Source of the DNA: Chiloscyllium plagiosum
Taxonomy: Eukaryota
DNA: 64,000 bases
Assembly: GCF_004010195.1 (NCBI RefSeq)
Contig: NC_057746.1
Coordinates: 27,811,393-27,875,392, forward strand
Direction: 5' to 3'
The notes below the pieces were generated by a model. The model was not told where the DNA came from. It ran no database searches and saw nothing but the letters and a program-made list of their open reading frames with translations. The position numbers were made by a program, and so were the translations under genes. Of this stretch, positions 40,001 through 52,230 are shown one piece after another; the stretch's first letter is position 1, and each line of letters starts with the position of its first letter.

Positions 40001-42259
40001 GAGAAAGCAAAACCTAGGCAAGTCAAATACTCAGGGTCCGTACATGAATTCCATGTCAAGCAGACCTTCAAGATAGCCAAGAAAGCCCCAAAGTTTCCAA
40101 TGTACACTTGTCAAACAAGAAATAATAATATGAAAAATTAATTTTTAAAAATTTGGTCATACATTACAATGGTCTCACCTTGTACAGTAAAATGCATTAA
40201 AATTCTGAGTGTCTGCTGTGGATAAACTTTGTAAACTTTTTCTGCTCAGCATATCGTCTTTGAACGAGTATGCCTTGTCAACCACACAGTTGGAGAAAGT
40301 GAGGACTGCAGATGCTGGAGATCAGAGCTGAAAATGTGTTGCTGGAAAAGCGCAGCAGGTCAGGCAGCATCCAAGGAGCNNNNNNNNNNNNNNNNNNNNN
40401 NNNNNNNNNNNNNNNNNNNNNNNNNNNNNNNNNNNNNNNNNNNNNNNNNNNNNNNNNNNNNNNNNNNNNNNNNNNNNNNNNNNNNNNNNNNNNNNNNNNN
40501 NNNNNNNNNNNNNNNNNNNNNNNNNNNNNNNNNNNNNNNNNNNNNNNNNNNNNNNNNNNNNNNNNNNNNNNNNNNNNNNNNNNNNNNNNNNNNNNNNNNN
40601 NNNNNNNNNNNNNNNNNNNNNNNNNNNNNNNNNNNNNNNNNNNNNNNNAGCTGGGCAGGTCGGACAAGTCCGGACAAGTCAAGGGGATCATGTTGCTGGA
40701 GGTTAGAAACTAGGATGAGGTGGGGGAAGGGGAAATGAGGAAGCTGTTGAAATCCACATTGATGCCCTGGGGTACAAAGGTATACAGGAAAGCCACACAC
40801 ACAGACCAAGTCCTAAACTATGAAAGCAACCACCCAAACACACACAAACGAAGCTGCATCATGACACTATTCAAAAGGGCCACAATACACTGCAGTACGT
40901 GTTAGCTGTAATCAAATTGGCCCTAAACACTTCAATCCTAGACCTCCTGGAGTCTCTGCGTTTGAGAACCCTCTGAAAAAAAACAAGGGCAACATAATTT
41001 ATTTCGGCTTCATTGTTTGTCAGGTATGTGATACGTATTTAACTTGTTTTGAGTTATTTTGACATGTTTTGGGATTTCCCGTGAGATTGAATCATCTGCT
41101 ATATCAGTGTATATTTTTCTTAATTAAATGAGCCAACAGAAGATGACGTGATACGCAGATTCATTTGCATATCCTGCTGTGTTCACAAAACATTATTGAT
41201 TTGTGCAAGTACAGTGTGCTAAGGTAAAACTTCATGTTTCCCTCCAGTAAATGAGGAGTATGTTATTTATTCACGAGCTTTAATGTTATATCATTTAAAA
41301 TTGGTGATCATGGCTGGAACAGATCAAATATTCCCTCACCTTCAGAAATATCAGCTCGTCTTTTTGTTCCATCTGTTTCTGTACAATTGAGAGTTTCTCC
41401 TCAATAGAATTTAAATTTTCCTGAATCTCTCGAAGGTTTTTCTCCATTGGTTCTACAACCCTCTCCTCTTCTTCCCTGAGATCCCTGAGTAAACGCTGCT
41501 CTTTCTCAGTGAGAATCTGGTGCATTTTAGTGAACTCGGATGTGATGTGGGTCTGCAGACTGCTCGCCTGTTCCTACCAAATGAAATGAGAAACCTCATT
41601 AATGTCCCGCGATAAAGGGAACAAAACTAACCGAGATCCCAGAAAACCAGCACAGGGAGAGCTCACCCTCACTTCGGAAATCTTCCGTTTCTGGGTCAGT
41701 TCTGTCTTTAAAGCTGCCGATTTCTTCTCTGTGAGAGATTCTATGGAGGATTTCATCTGATCCTGGAATTGCGACCAAAAATTGCATAATTAAAGCGTGA
41801 GACAGTGAAAATGTGATAAACTCTCAGCTTTCACGTTTCTCTGTTTACCTTGTAGATTTCAACAGCCTCATTGATCGGCAGGAAGCGGTGCTCTCTGTGT
41901 TCCCTCGAATCTCTACAAATCAGACAGATCAATTTCCTGTCAGTTTCACAAAACAACTCCAGTTCTCTCTGATGTTTCTCACAGCGAGGTTTACTTTCCT
42001 TCTCTTTCGGATCCAGCTTTAATTTTCGAGCCTCCTCGGCCAGATTCGCTAAGGCCCGATTTACCCTGAGGTTTCTTTCCGGAAACTTCTCTCTACATTG
42101 CGGGCAGGAGTTTATCTCCTTCTTTTCCCAACTCTGGGTGATACAGGAGCGGCAGAAGTTGTGTCCACAATCCAGTGTAACCGGATCGGTGAAGAAATCC
42201 AGACAAATGGGACAAATTGTCTCCTCGGTTAGTCTCAGGAGCTGCTGTCTGGAAGCCAT
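27481..42259 (-). CDS. TRIM gene A, complete 6-exon RBCC-B30.2 E3 ubiquitin ligase (TRIM27/TRIM39/A33-like), 476 aa
   Basis: Exons 42259-41849 (411 nt), 41762-41667 (96), 41573-41340 (234), 38891-38869 (23), 37795-37680 (116) and 28031-27481 (551). All have GT/AG boundaries, phases are compatible, and the total of 1431 nt is one open frame. Exon sizes match the usual TRIM/B30.2 gene layout. Confidence 0.9.
30036..30250 (-). mobile_element. SINE (HE1-like) 3' part
   Basis: Reverse complement of the SINE body (TTTAGCATGGCCAAT-like). Confidence 0.65.
34495..34782 (+). mobile_element. tRNA-derived SINE (HE1-like) inserted in the env-like region
   Basis: GGTGGCTCAGTGGTTAGCACTGCTGCCTCACAGC head and AATCT tail. 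Confidence 0.85.
35950..37045 (+). repeat. 3' LTR of the retrovirus-like element, containing a SINE at about 36155-36460
   Basis: TGTAAC directly after the PPT, AATAAA near 36987, ends ...TTTCACA where host homology to 62.3 kb resumes. Confidence 0.65.
37680..37795 (-). CDS. TRIM gene A exon 5 (linker, 116 nt)
   Basis: TTTTAG|GATT acceptor, CCAG|GTAAA donor; [38 protein letters not shown]. Confidence 0.88.
38869..38891 (-). CDS. TRIM gene A exon 4 (23-nt micro-exon)
   Basis: TTCTTTCAG|GAGGAAGCTTGTCAGAAGAGAAG|GTAGG; a paralogous copy sits at 9131-9153. Confidence 0.85.
39262..39792 (-). mobile_element. Penelope (Poseidon-like) element: GIY-YIG endonuclease + terminal repeat
   Basis: [30 protein letters not shown]; minus-strand hammerhead core CTGATGA...GAAA at 39313-39342. 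Confidence 0.88.
40380..40648. other. Assembly gap (269 N) inside a Penelope-type repeat (about 40292-40770)
   Basis: Run of N. Confidence 1.
40773..40897 (+). mobile_element. Penelope RT C-terminal fragment
   Basis: [35 protein letters not shown]. Confidence 0.75.
41340..41573 (-). CDS. TRIM gene A exon 3 (coiled coil, 234 nt)
   Basis: TAG|GAA acceptor, AAG|GTGAG donor; [37 protein letters not shown]...ELIFLK. Confidence 0.92.
41667..41762 (-). CDS. TRIM gene A exon 2 (coiled coil, 96 nt)
   Basis: CAG|GAT acceptor, AGG|GTGAG donor; [32 protein letters not shown]. Confidence 0.9.
41849..42259 (-). CDS. TRIM gene A exon 1: RING finger + B-box2
   Basis: [39 protein letters not shown]...CPQC is a C3HC4 RING; CEKH...[22 protein letters not shown] is a B-box; donor AAG|GTAAAC. 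Confidence 0.95.
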
Positions 42260-42271
42260 GATCACACTCAG

Positions 42272-42303
42272 CACTTCCGGATTCAAACAGCTTTCAGTTT
42301 CAA
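42272..42303 (-). promoter_or_regulatory. Putative ISRE/IRF element (GAAACTGAAAG) plus ETS motif (CCGGAAGTG) just upstream of the gene A ATG
   Basis: CTTTCAGTTTC at 42291-42301 fits GAAANNGAAA on the minus strand; CACTTCCGG at 42272-42280. Motif match only. Confidence 0.55.
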
Positions 42304-42745
42304 TGTGACTGCGCTGGTGAACTCTTGCACTTGAAAGATTTCACGATGAATGTCGCTAAAAGTATTCACAAAGTCATTGTTCGAATCTGGTTTTGAGCTG
42401 TCGACATTTTTGCAGTGAGGAATACCAAACTTAAAATGTTGAAGGAGAATCCAGCTTTGAAGAACACAGAGAGACAGTTCACTCCGAGCTCTTGGTATTT
42501 TTGGAACAAGCTGCTGACCATCACAAGGAGGAACCGTGAGACTGGAATGGAATCAGTCTCAACAGGACAGACAGACAGACATCTTTGCAGGATGTGGGAC
42601 AAGGAGAAGAAATATGAATAAAGTATAGGCACGGAGGACACCTGTCTGCTTTCTTGAATGCCAAGGGTTTTTACTATCAGCTGATTTTCTTTATTTCTGA
42701 CACAGACTCGGTGAGAAGGGTGCATTGAACACAGAGTCTTACGGA

Positions 42746-42757
42746 CACTTCCGGGAA
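42746..42757. promoter_or_regulatory. Putative GAS (STAT) site TTCCGGGAA overlapping an ETS core
   Basis: TTCCGGGAA at 42749-42757 fits TTCNNNGAA, about 490 bp upstream of the gene A ATG. Confidence 0.45.
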
Positions 42758-43054
42758 CTCACGGCATCATCAGAAAATGCGTAGCCCTAAATGTCCAGAT
42801 TTCCTCGGTAAATGAACATTAGCAATAGTTGGAAAACTGCCTCTGCTCTAGTGATATGTGAAGAAGTGTGGCGCTGGAAAAGCACAGCAAGTCAGGCAGC
42901 ATCCGAGGAGCTGGAGACTTGACGTTTCGGGCATCAGCCCTTGATCCTGTTCCTCAGATGCTGCCTCACCCGCTGTGCTTTTCCAGCGCCATACTCTTAG
43001 ACTCTGATCTCCAGTATCTGCAGTCCTCACTTTCTTTTAGTGGTAGGTGTCAGT

Positions 43055-44935
43055 TAAGACCATAAGATATAGGAGCAGAATTAGGCCATTCAGCCCATTG
43101 AGACTGCTCCGCCATTCAATCATGGCTGATAAGTTTCTCAACCCCATTGCCACACTCTCTCCCTGTAACCCTTAATCCCCTTGATAGTCAAGAACCTATC
43201 TATCTCAGTCTTAAATACACCCAATGAGCTGGCCTGCACAGCCTTCTTTAGAGACAAACAAAAAACTGAAGATGCTGGAATCCAAGGTAGAGAAGCAGGA
43301 GACTGGGAGAATACAGCAAGCCAGGCAGCATGAGGAGGTAAAGAAGGGTTACACCTTAAACGTTGACTTCTCCACCACCTGATGCTGCCTGGCTTGCTGT
43401 GTTCTCCCTGACTCCTGATTGTCTGCACAGCCTTCTTTGACAATGAATTCCATAGATTCACAACTCTCTGGTTGAAGAAATTTCTCATTATCTCCATTCT
43501 GAAAAGTCTTCCCTTTACTTGAAGGCTATGCCCTCAGGTCCAAGACTCTCCTACCAATGGAAACATCTCCCCAACATCTACTCTGTCCAGGCCTTTTGGT
43601 ATTCTGTATGTTTCAATTAGATGCCCCCATCATCCTTCTAGACTCCATTGAGTATAGAAGCACGGTGGCTCAAGGGGCGGCACGGTGGCTCAGTGGTCAG
43701 CACTGCTGCCTCACAGTGCCAGGTGCCAGGGTTCAATTCCCACCTCGGGCAACTATCTCCCTGTATCTGCGTGGGTTTCCTCCGGGTGCTCTGCTTTCCT
43801 CCCACAGTCCAAATATGTGCAGCTTAGGTGAATTGACCATGCTAAATTGTGTTAGGTGTAGGGGAATGGGTCTGGGTGGGTTGCTCTTCCGAGGGTCGGT
43901 GTGGACTTGTTGGGCCAAAGGACCTGTTTCCACACTGTAGGGAATCTAATCTAAACTCCGGGGTGAGTCCATCTGGTCCAGGTAATTTATCCATCTTCAG
44001 ACCATTCAGTTTTTCTAGCAACTCCCCCTTGCTGATGGACACCATACTCAGGTCTGCTCCTCACTCTCTTGAATTTTTGGGCTATTACCCATATCATAGA
44101 GACTGATGTGAAGTAATCATTCAGCTCCTCAGCTATTTCTTTGTTTCCCACTACTAACTCTGCAGTGTCATTTAGCAGCAGTCCAAAGTTTACTGTTTCC
44201 CCTCTTTTGAGGCATACAGCACAGAAACTGCCCCAAAACAAAAAAAAAACAGAAATTGCTGGAAAAACTAAGCAAGTCTGGCTGCATCTGTGGAGAGGAA
44301 TCAAAGTTAATGTTTTGGGACCAGTGATTCTTCTTCAGAACTATTGCTTTGGGGAACCAGACCATTTGTGCAGACCAGATATTCTAAACTGAATTGGTCC
44401 CATTTACCTGTGTTTGGCTCATATCCCCCTAAACCCTTTCTAATCCTGTACCCATTCAGATGCTTTTTAAATGTTATACCTACCTTCAATGCCTCCTTTG
44501 TCTGCTCATTCCATACACATACTCTGCGTGAAAAAGGTGCCCCTCATGTCCCTTTTAATTTGTTTCCCTCTCACCTTAAACCTATGACCTCTCGTTTTGG
44601 ACTCTCCAACCTTAAGGGAAAAAAGACCTTGTCTCCTTACCCTATCAATCCCCCTCACGATTTTATAAAACTCTATAAGGCCACCCTGCTGCCTCCAATG
44701 CTCCAGGGGAAAAGAAAGACCCCAGCCTGTTGAGTCTCTCTCTGCAGCTCAAACCCTAGTTTCGATAACATTTTTGTAAATCTATTTTTGCATACTTTCA
44801 AATTTAATAACATACTTCTGATAGCAGGGTGACCAGAATTTTAAGCAGCACAGTATCCTAAAAGTGGGCTAACGAAAACCACAATATGACTCTCCAACTT
44901 CGATACTCAATGCACTGACCAGTGAAGGCAAGCAT
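43055..44935 (-). mobile_element. Cluster of CR1 fragments with an embedded SINE (43665-43952, +) and Penelope-type repeats
   Basis: RNFFNQRVVNLWNSL and LKMDKLPGPDG; SINE head GGCACGGTGGCTCAGTGG. Confidence 0.7.
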
Positions 44936-46221
44936 GTCAGTTATGGTTCAGTGGGAGCTCGCTTACCTCTGAGAGCAGTCAGGCCATCGAGGCCTGGACA
45001 ATAATCCACACCGACTCTGCCTGGCTGTACTGAGGGAGTCTTGGGGTATGAAATTGGCGGTTTTCGAAAGAGTCTTTAAACTGTCACAGAGTGTGTTCTC
45101 TATGTTTATTGTAAATAATATGACATTCTTCTCACCTGACAATGGGAATATCTTCCGTCTGCAATGACTTACCTTTCTCCCTCAACTAACATCCGCAAGC
45201 CAGCCGTTCTGGTGACTGGTTTCAATGCAGTGCTCGAGATGCCTGATGAACTTTCCACATCGCAAGAGTAACTACATCTCAGAAAAGGTGAATGTTCTGT
45301 AGAGTGCCACGAGACATCCCATTTTTGTGAATGGCGCTATATACATGCGAGATCCTTACAGGTTCCTTCTCCGAGAAGATTTCTTTCTCTGACTTTAAAA
45401 TATTTTTGTAATATTACAATACTTTGTGACTGAGAATGATTGGCTGCAATTGTCCACACAATTCATTTTACGAATCTGGGTTTCACCAGAGGATTTGTAG
45501 TCCGCAGTGAGTTCACTCTGCAGCAAATTTCAGGGAGAACTCACACCCCACCTATTTCCAACACCACCCTCTGTCTACCTTTCTGTTCCTATATGTTTTA
45601 GTCTGTTTTCTCCTTCACAATATTAAGAATATGTTTCCTTTATATGAAAATGTCGTCAGGACTATAAACGGGGAACTCATTGATGAGTCCAACACCTGTG
45701 TTGAATTCCAGGTTTAGGTTATTAACCTGAACTCTGTGAATGACTGGACCTGCTCGACCTTAAAAACAAAGTGGCTAAATGTCCATGAACTGTTTTAAAT
45801 GATAGATACATAAATCTTCATGGAAAATGGACCTGTGAGGTTATTACATTGATCTCACGCCACTCATAACACTGCAATGTCCCTCGGTGCTTTAAGGAAG
45901 GTTTTTGTTGTGATGTTGGAAAGTACATCAGGCATCTGATGAAACCATGACAAGAACAATTGGTTTGGGGATGTTTGCGGAGAGAGAAATTGAAGTCATT
46001 ACAGACAAAACATATTCCCACTGTCAGGTTTAGTGAAGATAGCCATGATGTGAAGGAATCGACGATGGACAAAGATACAGGTTATAGCCCACCAGGTTTA
46101 TTTGGAAGCACTAGCTTTTGGAACGCTGCTCCATCATCAAGTGGTTGTGAAGCAGGACCATAAGATACAGAATTTTTAGCAAAAGTGTCATGCAACTAAA
46201 ATGATATGTTTAACAAACTTG

Positions 46222-46532
46222 GGAGGTGTGTGAGTGGTTAGCACTATTGCCGCACAGCACCAGGGACCCAGGTTTGAATCTGGCCTCGGGTGACTGTGTG
46301 TGTGTGTGTAGAGTTTGCACATTCTCCCCATGTCTGCGTGGGTTTGCTCTGGGTGCTCCGGTTTCCTCCCATATTCCAGAAGATGTGCATGTCAGGTGAA
46401 TTGGCCATGCTAAATTGCCTGTAGGGTCAGGGGTAAATGTAGGGAAATGAGTCTGGGGAAGTTACTCTTTGGAGGGTCGGTGTGGACTAGTTGGGCCTAA
46501 GGGCCTGTTTCCACACTGTAGGGAATCTAATT
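46222..46532 (+). mobile_element. tRNA-derived SINE (HE1-like)
   Basis: AGTGGTTAGCAC head, conserved body and GGGAATCTAAT tail. Confidence 0.8.
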
Positions 46533-48397
46533 GAGATTGTGAAGTCTTCCATCTTTTAGAATGGGTTGCAGGTTTGTCTCCTTAAAACAAAACACTCAGG
46601 GAGCTCAAAACTGTTCATCCCTGCTTCTGAAGCAGATATGCTCGCACCATGGTGTCAGTTACAATCTTCAAGAGAAATAGGATAGAATATTTCTTAAAAG
46701 GCACAAGCTAGTCACAATGAGAACTTGAAGCATCACAACATTCAAGACTACGGGCCCAGGTCTAGTTGGGTTAAGTGTAGATTTAATATATTTTTGGCTG
46801 GAAAAACTTGATAGGTCAAAAGATCTATTGTGGACCACATGTTTCAATTATTCTATGTAACAGAATGTGTGGGGAAATGTAAAGTTAAGTTGTTTGACAG
46901 GCAGCATAGAGGAGCTGAATATTTCTTAAATGGGGAAAAACTGCAGAACACTAAAGGACAAACAGACTTGGGGGTCCCCAACAATGATTCACAAATGCTA
47001 GAACTGATATTCAGTGGATAATAGGTGAGTCAAATGAAATGTGGGCAATTCATTTAAAGTAGTAAGGATTTGCTAAAACTATACAAGGCACTCGTCAGAT
47101 TAAACGTGGAAAACTGTGAACAGATTTCAGAAAATATATATTGATATTGGCAGTAGTCCAGTGAATGCTCACTCGCTGATACCTGGTATGGACAGATTGT
47201 CTTATGAGAAGGAGGTGAGTAGGTTGGGGCTGTACTGACTGGAATGTAAATGAATGGCAGGCATCCTCATTGAGACATAAAAGGCTTTAGGGTGTAGGTT
47301 TGCTCGCTGAGCTCTAAAAGGCTCTTAGTGGACTTTACATGGCAGCTGTGGAAAGTTTTACTCCCATTGTGGGAGAGTTGAGGACCACAGGGCATAATCT
47401 CAAAATGAGTCAGGCATTTAAACAGAAAGATAGAGGAATTTCTTTTCTCAGAAGTATTTGAATCTGTAGAATTCTTTACTCGGAGTGCTATTGAAGCTGA
47501 TTCATTCTGTATATTGGGATGATGCCACTCCTTTAACAAGGTTATGTTATCCTTGGCTTTTTTGTTCAGACAGTTCATAAAAGTTGTAGACTGGGGTTGA
47601 AGGGTTTTAGGGCCAATTTGATTATAGGTAACAGATACTGCCTCAGGCAGAAGGCTTTCAAGTTTAAAAAAAAACACTTGTACCATGAAAGGGGAGAGGC
47701 CAGTTCTCCCAGCCCAGCTTTCTCAGATTTGGTTTGATTATTTAGCAGTAGAGTGAAAACAAAAGCTGCTGGGCCAAGGAAGCAGGTCTAAATTGATCCA
47801 AGGAGCAGGAAAGGAGACATTTCGGGTATAAGCCTATCACTTGGAATGTCGAAATACAGATGCGGAATGAACATTCTGCTTCATGGATAAGACAAGCCCT
47901 GAGCAAGAATGAAAAATGGCAAGAAAGATGCAAGTTTAAGGCATGGACAAGGTGGAACTGTCGAGGCAATGTGGCCCAGTGAACTCAAGGAAAGGACAGA
48001 AAGTGCAGATGCAGCTGATTGGATGGCCTCAATTTTACTGACAACAAGTCAATAAGCTCCTCGCAATTGTTGATGCTGAGGTTGGAGGATAGATGGAGAG
48101 GATTCACCAAGAATCAAGTTAAATACAAAGCGCTGGGACAAGTCTCAGTCAGTTCCATGAGTTTTGTGTAGAGTGTGAAACAGGGTGAATGTATCAGGTG
48201 CACGACTTTTCATTAGAGAAGGGAAAAGATACAAGATATACTCGGTTTTCAGTGCATTCTGCGGTGGCTATGGACAAAAGGAATATCTATGATGCAAAAA
48301 GAAAGAGAGAAACAAAAGATGTACCTGGAGCTTGTGCAATTCTAAATGAAAGAACAACTTCAGTAAGGCATTTGACAAGGTTCCTCTTGGGAGACTG

Positions 48398-50912
48398 GTG
48401 AGCAAGTTTAGATCTCATAGAATACAGGGAGAACCCTAACCCTAACTCTAACTCTAATCCATTGTCTACAGGAATAGTGCCAGAAGACTGGAGGATAGCA
48501 AATGTGGTTCCCCTGTTCAAGAAGGGGAGTAGAGACAACCCTGGTAATTATAGACCAGTGAGCCTTACTTCAGTTGTTGGTAACGTGTTGGAAAAGATTA
48601 TAAGAGATAGGATTTATAATCATCTAGAAAATAATAATTTGATTAGGGATAGTCAGCACGATTTTGTGAAGGGTAGGTCGTGCCTCACAAACCTTATTGA
48701 GTTCTTTGAGAAGGTGACCAAACAGGTAGATGAGAGTAAACTGGTTGATGTGGTGTATATGGATTTCAGCAAGGTGTTCGATGAGGTTCCCCACAGTAGG
48801 CTATTGTACAAAATGCAGAAGAACGAGATTGTGGGAGATACAGCAGTTTGGATCAGTAATTGGCTTGCTGAAAGAAGATGGAGGGTGGTAGTTCATGGGA
48901 AATGTTCAGCCTGGAGTCCAGTTACCAGGGGTGTACCGCAAGGGTTGGTGTTGGGTCCACTGCTGTTCATCATTTTTATAAACGACCTGAATGAAGGTGT
49001 AGAAGGGTGGGTTAGTAAATTTGCAGACGACACTAAGGCCGGTGGAGTTGTGGATAGTGATGAATGATGTTGTAGCTTACAGGGAGACATAGATAAGCTG
49101 CAGAGATGCGCTGAGAGGTGGCAAATGGAGTTTAATACGGACAAGTGTGAGGTGATTCACTTTGGTCGGAGTAACCAGTTTGCAAAGAACTGGGCTAATG
49201 TTAAGATTCTTGGTAGTGTAGATGAGCAGAGAGATTTCGGTGTCCAGGTACACAGATCCTTGAAAGTTGTCACCCAGGTTGACAGGGTTGTTAAGAAAGC
49301 ATACAATGTTTTAGCTTTTATTAATAGAGGGATCGAGTTCCGGAACCATGAGGTTATGCTACAGCTGTACAAAACTCTGGTTGACCGCTATTGGAGTATT
49401 GTGTTCTGTTCTGGTCACCTCATAATAAGAAGGATGTGGAAGCTTTGGAAAGGGTGCAGAGGAGATTTACTAGGATGTTGCCTGGTATGGAGGGAAGGTC
49501 TTACGAGGAAAGGCTGAGGGACTTGAGGCTGTTTTTGTTAGAGAGAAGTTTGAGAGGTGACTTAATAGAGATGTATAAGATAATCAGAGGGTTAGATAGG
49601 TGGCCAGGGAGAGCCATTTTCCAAATATGGTGACGGTGAGCACGAGAGGGCATAGCTTTAAATTGAGGGGTGATAGATATAGGACAGATGTCAAAGGTAG
49701 TTTCTTTACTCAGAGAGTGGTAAGGGTATGGAATGCTTTGCCTGCAACCGTAGTAGATTCGCCAACTTTAAATACATTTAAGTCGTCACTGGACAGGCAT
49801 ATGGATGTACATGGAATAGTGTAGGTTAGATGGGCTTCAGATTGGTATGACAGGTCGGTGCAACATCGAGGGCTGAAAGGCCTGTACTGTGCTGTAATGT
49901 TCTATGTTCTAACTAGCCATTTGGTACAGAACTGGTGTGAAGGTAGAAGACAGAGGGTCGTGGAGGCCTGTGACCAATGGTGTGCCACAAGGATCGGTGC
50001 TGGGTCCACTACTTTTCATCATTTATATAAATGATTTAGATGTGAGCTTAAGAGGTATAGTTAGTAAGTTTGCAGATGACACCAAAATTAGAGGTGTAGT
50101 GGACAGCAAAGAAGGTTACCTCAGAGTACAATGGGATCTTGACCAGATGGGCCCATGGTCTGAGGAGTGGTATATTGAGTTTAACATAGATAAATGTTTG
50201 GTGCTGCATTTTGGAAAAAGCAAGTCTTAGCAGTACCTATACACTTAATGGTAAGGTCCTGGATAGTGTTGCCAAACAAAGAGACCTCAGAGTGCAGGTT
50301 TATATTTGCTTGAAAGTAGATAGGATAGTGAAGAAGGTGTTTGGTATGCTTTTCTTTATTGGTTAGAGCATTGAGTATAGGAGCTGGGCGGTCATGTTGG
50401 GGCTGTACAGGACATTGGTTAGGTCACTTTTGGAATATTGTGTGCAATTCTTGTCTCCTTCCTATCAGAAGGATGTTGTGAAACTTGAGAGGGTTCAGAA
50501 AAGATTTACAAGGATGTTGCCAGGGTTGGAGGATTAGAACTATAGGGAGAGGCTGAATGTTTTCTCTGGAGCATCAGAGGCGGAGGGCTAACCTTATAGA
50601 GGTTTATAAAATCAGAAGTGGAATGGATAGGATAAAGAGACAAGTTCTTTTTCCTGAGGTGGGGCTGTTCAGAACTGGAGAGCATAGGTTTAGGGTGAGT
50701 GGGGAAAGGTATAAAAGGGACTTAAAGGGCAATGTTTTCATGCAGAGGATGGTGCTTGTATGGAATGAGTTGCCAGAGGAAGTGGTGGAGGCTGGTACAA
50801 TTACAGCATTTAAATGACATCTGGATGGGTACATGAGGGTTTAGACTACATGCTGGCAAATGAGGAGTTGGACCGAAGGGTCTGTTTCCATCTTATACAT
50901 CTCTATGACTCT
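48398..50912 (+). mobile_element. Host CR1 LINE (48398-48433 + 49911-50912)
   Basis: Sequence either side of the nested copy joins to ...CAGGGAGAACTAGCCATTTGG, as at 21471-21491; RT motifs at 49937-50230; CTATGACT tail. Confidence 0.88.
48460..49910 (+). mobile_element. 5'-truncated CR1 LINE nested in another CR1
   Basis: ORF 48462-49067 ([21 protein letters not shown]) and later frames; (TTCTATG)n tail. Confidence 0.93.
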
Positions 50913-51164
50913 AATAAAATCTGAAGTATGAAAACAAACACCCCCAAAATGAAGTCAAGAATTTGAAATTGTTGAACTGAACGTTGAGTCACGAAAACCC
51001 ACAGAGTACCTTGCTGAAAGGTAAAAGTCGAGGGAGATAATGAGGATAATCAGTACTTGTAAAAAATAAAATGGTGTTGGAGAAATTAATAGTGTTTAAT
51101 ATGATAATAGAAATTAATATGATAAGTCATTAGGCAATTTTTGAGAAAATGTGGAGCTCAGGTT

Positions 51165-51355
51165 GAAGTTCAGGTTGTAAGTTTACTTGCTGAGCTGGTA
51201 GGTTTGTTCTCAGACATTTAGTCACCATGCTAGATAACATCATCGGTGAACCTCTGTTGAAGCTTCACCAGACGCTCACTGATGATGTTACCTAGTATGG
51301 TGACAAAACGTCTAAGAACAAACCTACTAGCTCAGTGAAAAAACTTACAACCTAA
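51165..51355. mobile_element. Penelope-type inverted repeat, third family
   Basis: Inverted arms; CTGATGATGTTACCTAG..GGTGAC-AAAAC is related to the terminal repeat at 39262-39345. Confidence 0.7.
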
Positions 51356-51369
51356 ATCATCAGGTTCTG

Positions 51370-52230
51370 CAAATCCACACCACAGATGGCTGAAGGAAAT
51401 TGCCCTGGAAATATTTGATGCATCTTCCAAAAATCTGTTGACTTTGGAGCAATTCCTACAGAGTGGAGTCTGGCAAATGTAAGGTCACTGTTTAAAGAAA
51501 TGGAAAGAGAAGAACAATATAATTACAGATGAATTAGCAGTGCCTCAATTATTGGGAAAAAGCCAGAGTCTATCATAAAAGACATTATAAAAGATTATTT
51601 GGAAAGCATTAGCAGGACTAGGCGAAACAGTATGGGTTTATGAAAGGCAATTCATGCTTAACTAATGTACTGTTTTTCTTTGAAGATTTAACAAGTCAAA
51701 TTGATATGGGAGAACAGCGGATTTGGTGTATTTGGATGTTAGGAAAGCTTTTGTTAAGATCTCACATCAGAAGCTAGTAGGTAAGATTAAAGTAAAGGGG
51801 TTTGCAGATAATGTTTGACATGGATTGAGAATTGATTGACAGGTCAGAAAAAGAGAGATGGAAACAAGTGGATGTTTTCTGGGTAGTGTGTGGTGACTAG
51901 CAGTGATCCACAGTGATCCACAGGCTATATAAAAATCATTTGGATGAAGGAGCCAATTACAACATTCCTAGTTTGCTGATAATTAAAACAAGGTGGGAAT
52001 GTGAGTGTGAGCAGGGTGTAAGGAAATTTTAGGGTGACTTAGTGGAGTGTGTGGGCGGACTTATGACAGATACAGTATAGCATGGATGGGCATGAAGTTT
52101 TATAGTTTGATGTGAAAAACAGAAAGGCAGAGTAATATTTAAATTTGTTTACAAAGGAATCTAGGTACCCTTATACACCAATGAAAATAAGGAAGTGCAG
52201 CAAGTAATAAGGAATGGAAACGGTACAATC
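51370..52230 (+). mobile_element. Old degenerate CR1 RT fragment
   Basis: YGFMKGNSCLTN and VYLD..KAF motifs. Confidence 0.65.

Noticed and set aside
40278-40809. ORFs of 133-149 aa
   Set aside because: Artefacts of the 269-N gap.
42260-42286. Upstream extension MNPEVLSVI of the exon 1 ORF
   Set aside because: It begins at a TTG from the ORF caller; the ATG at 42259 has a good Kozak context (ATCATGG) and is conserved in paralog B.
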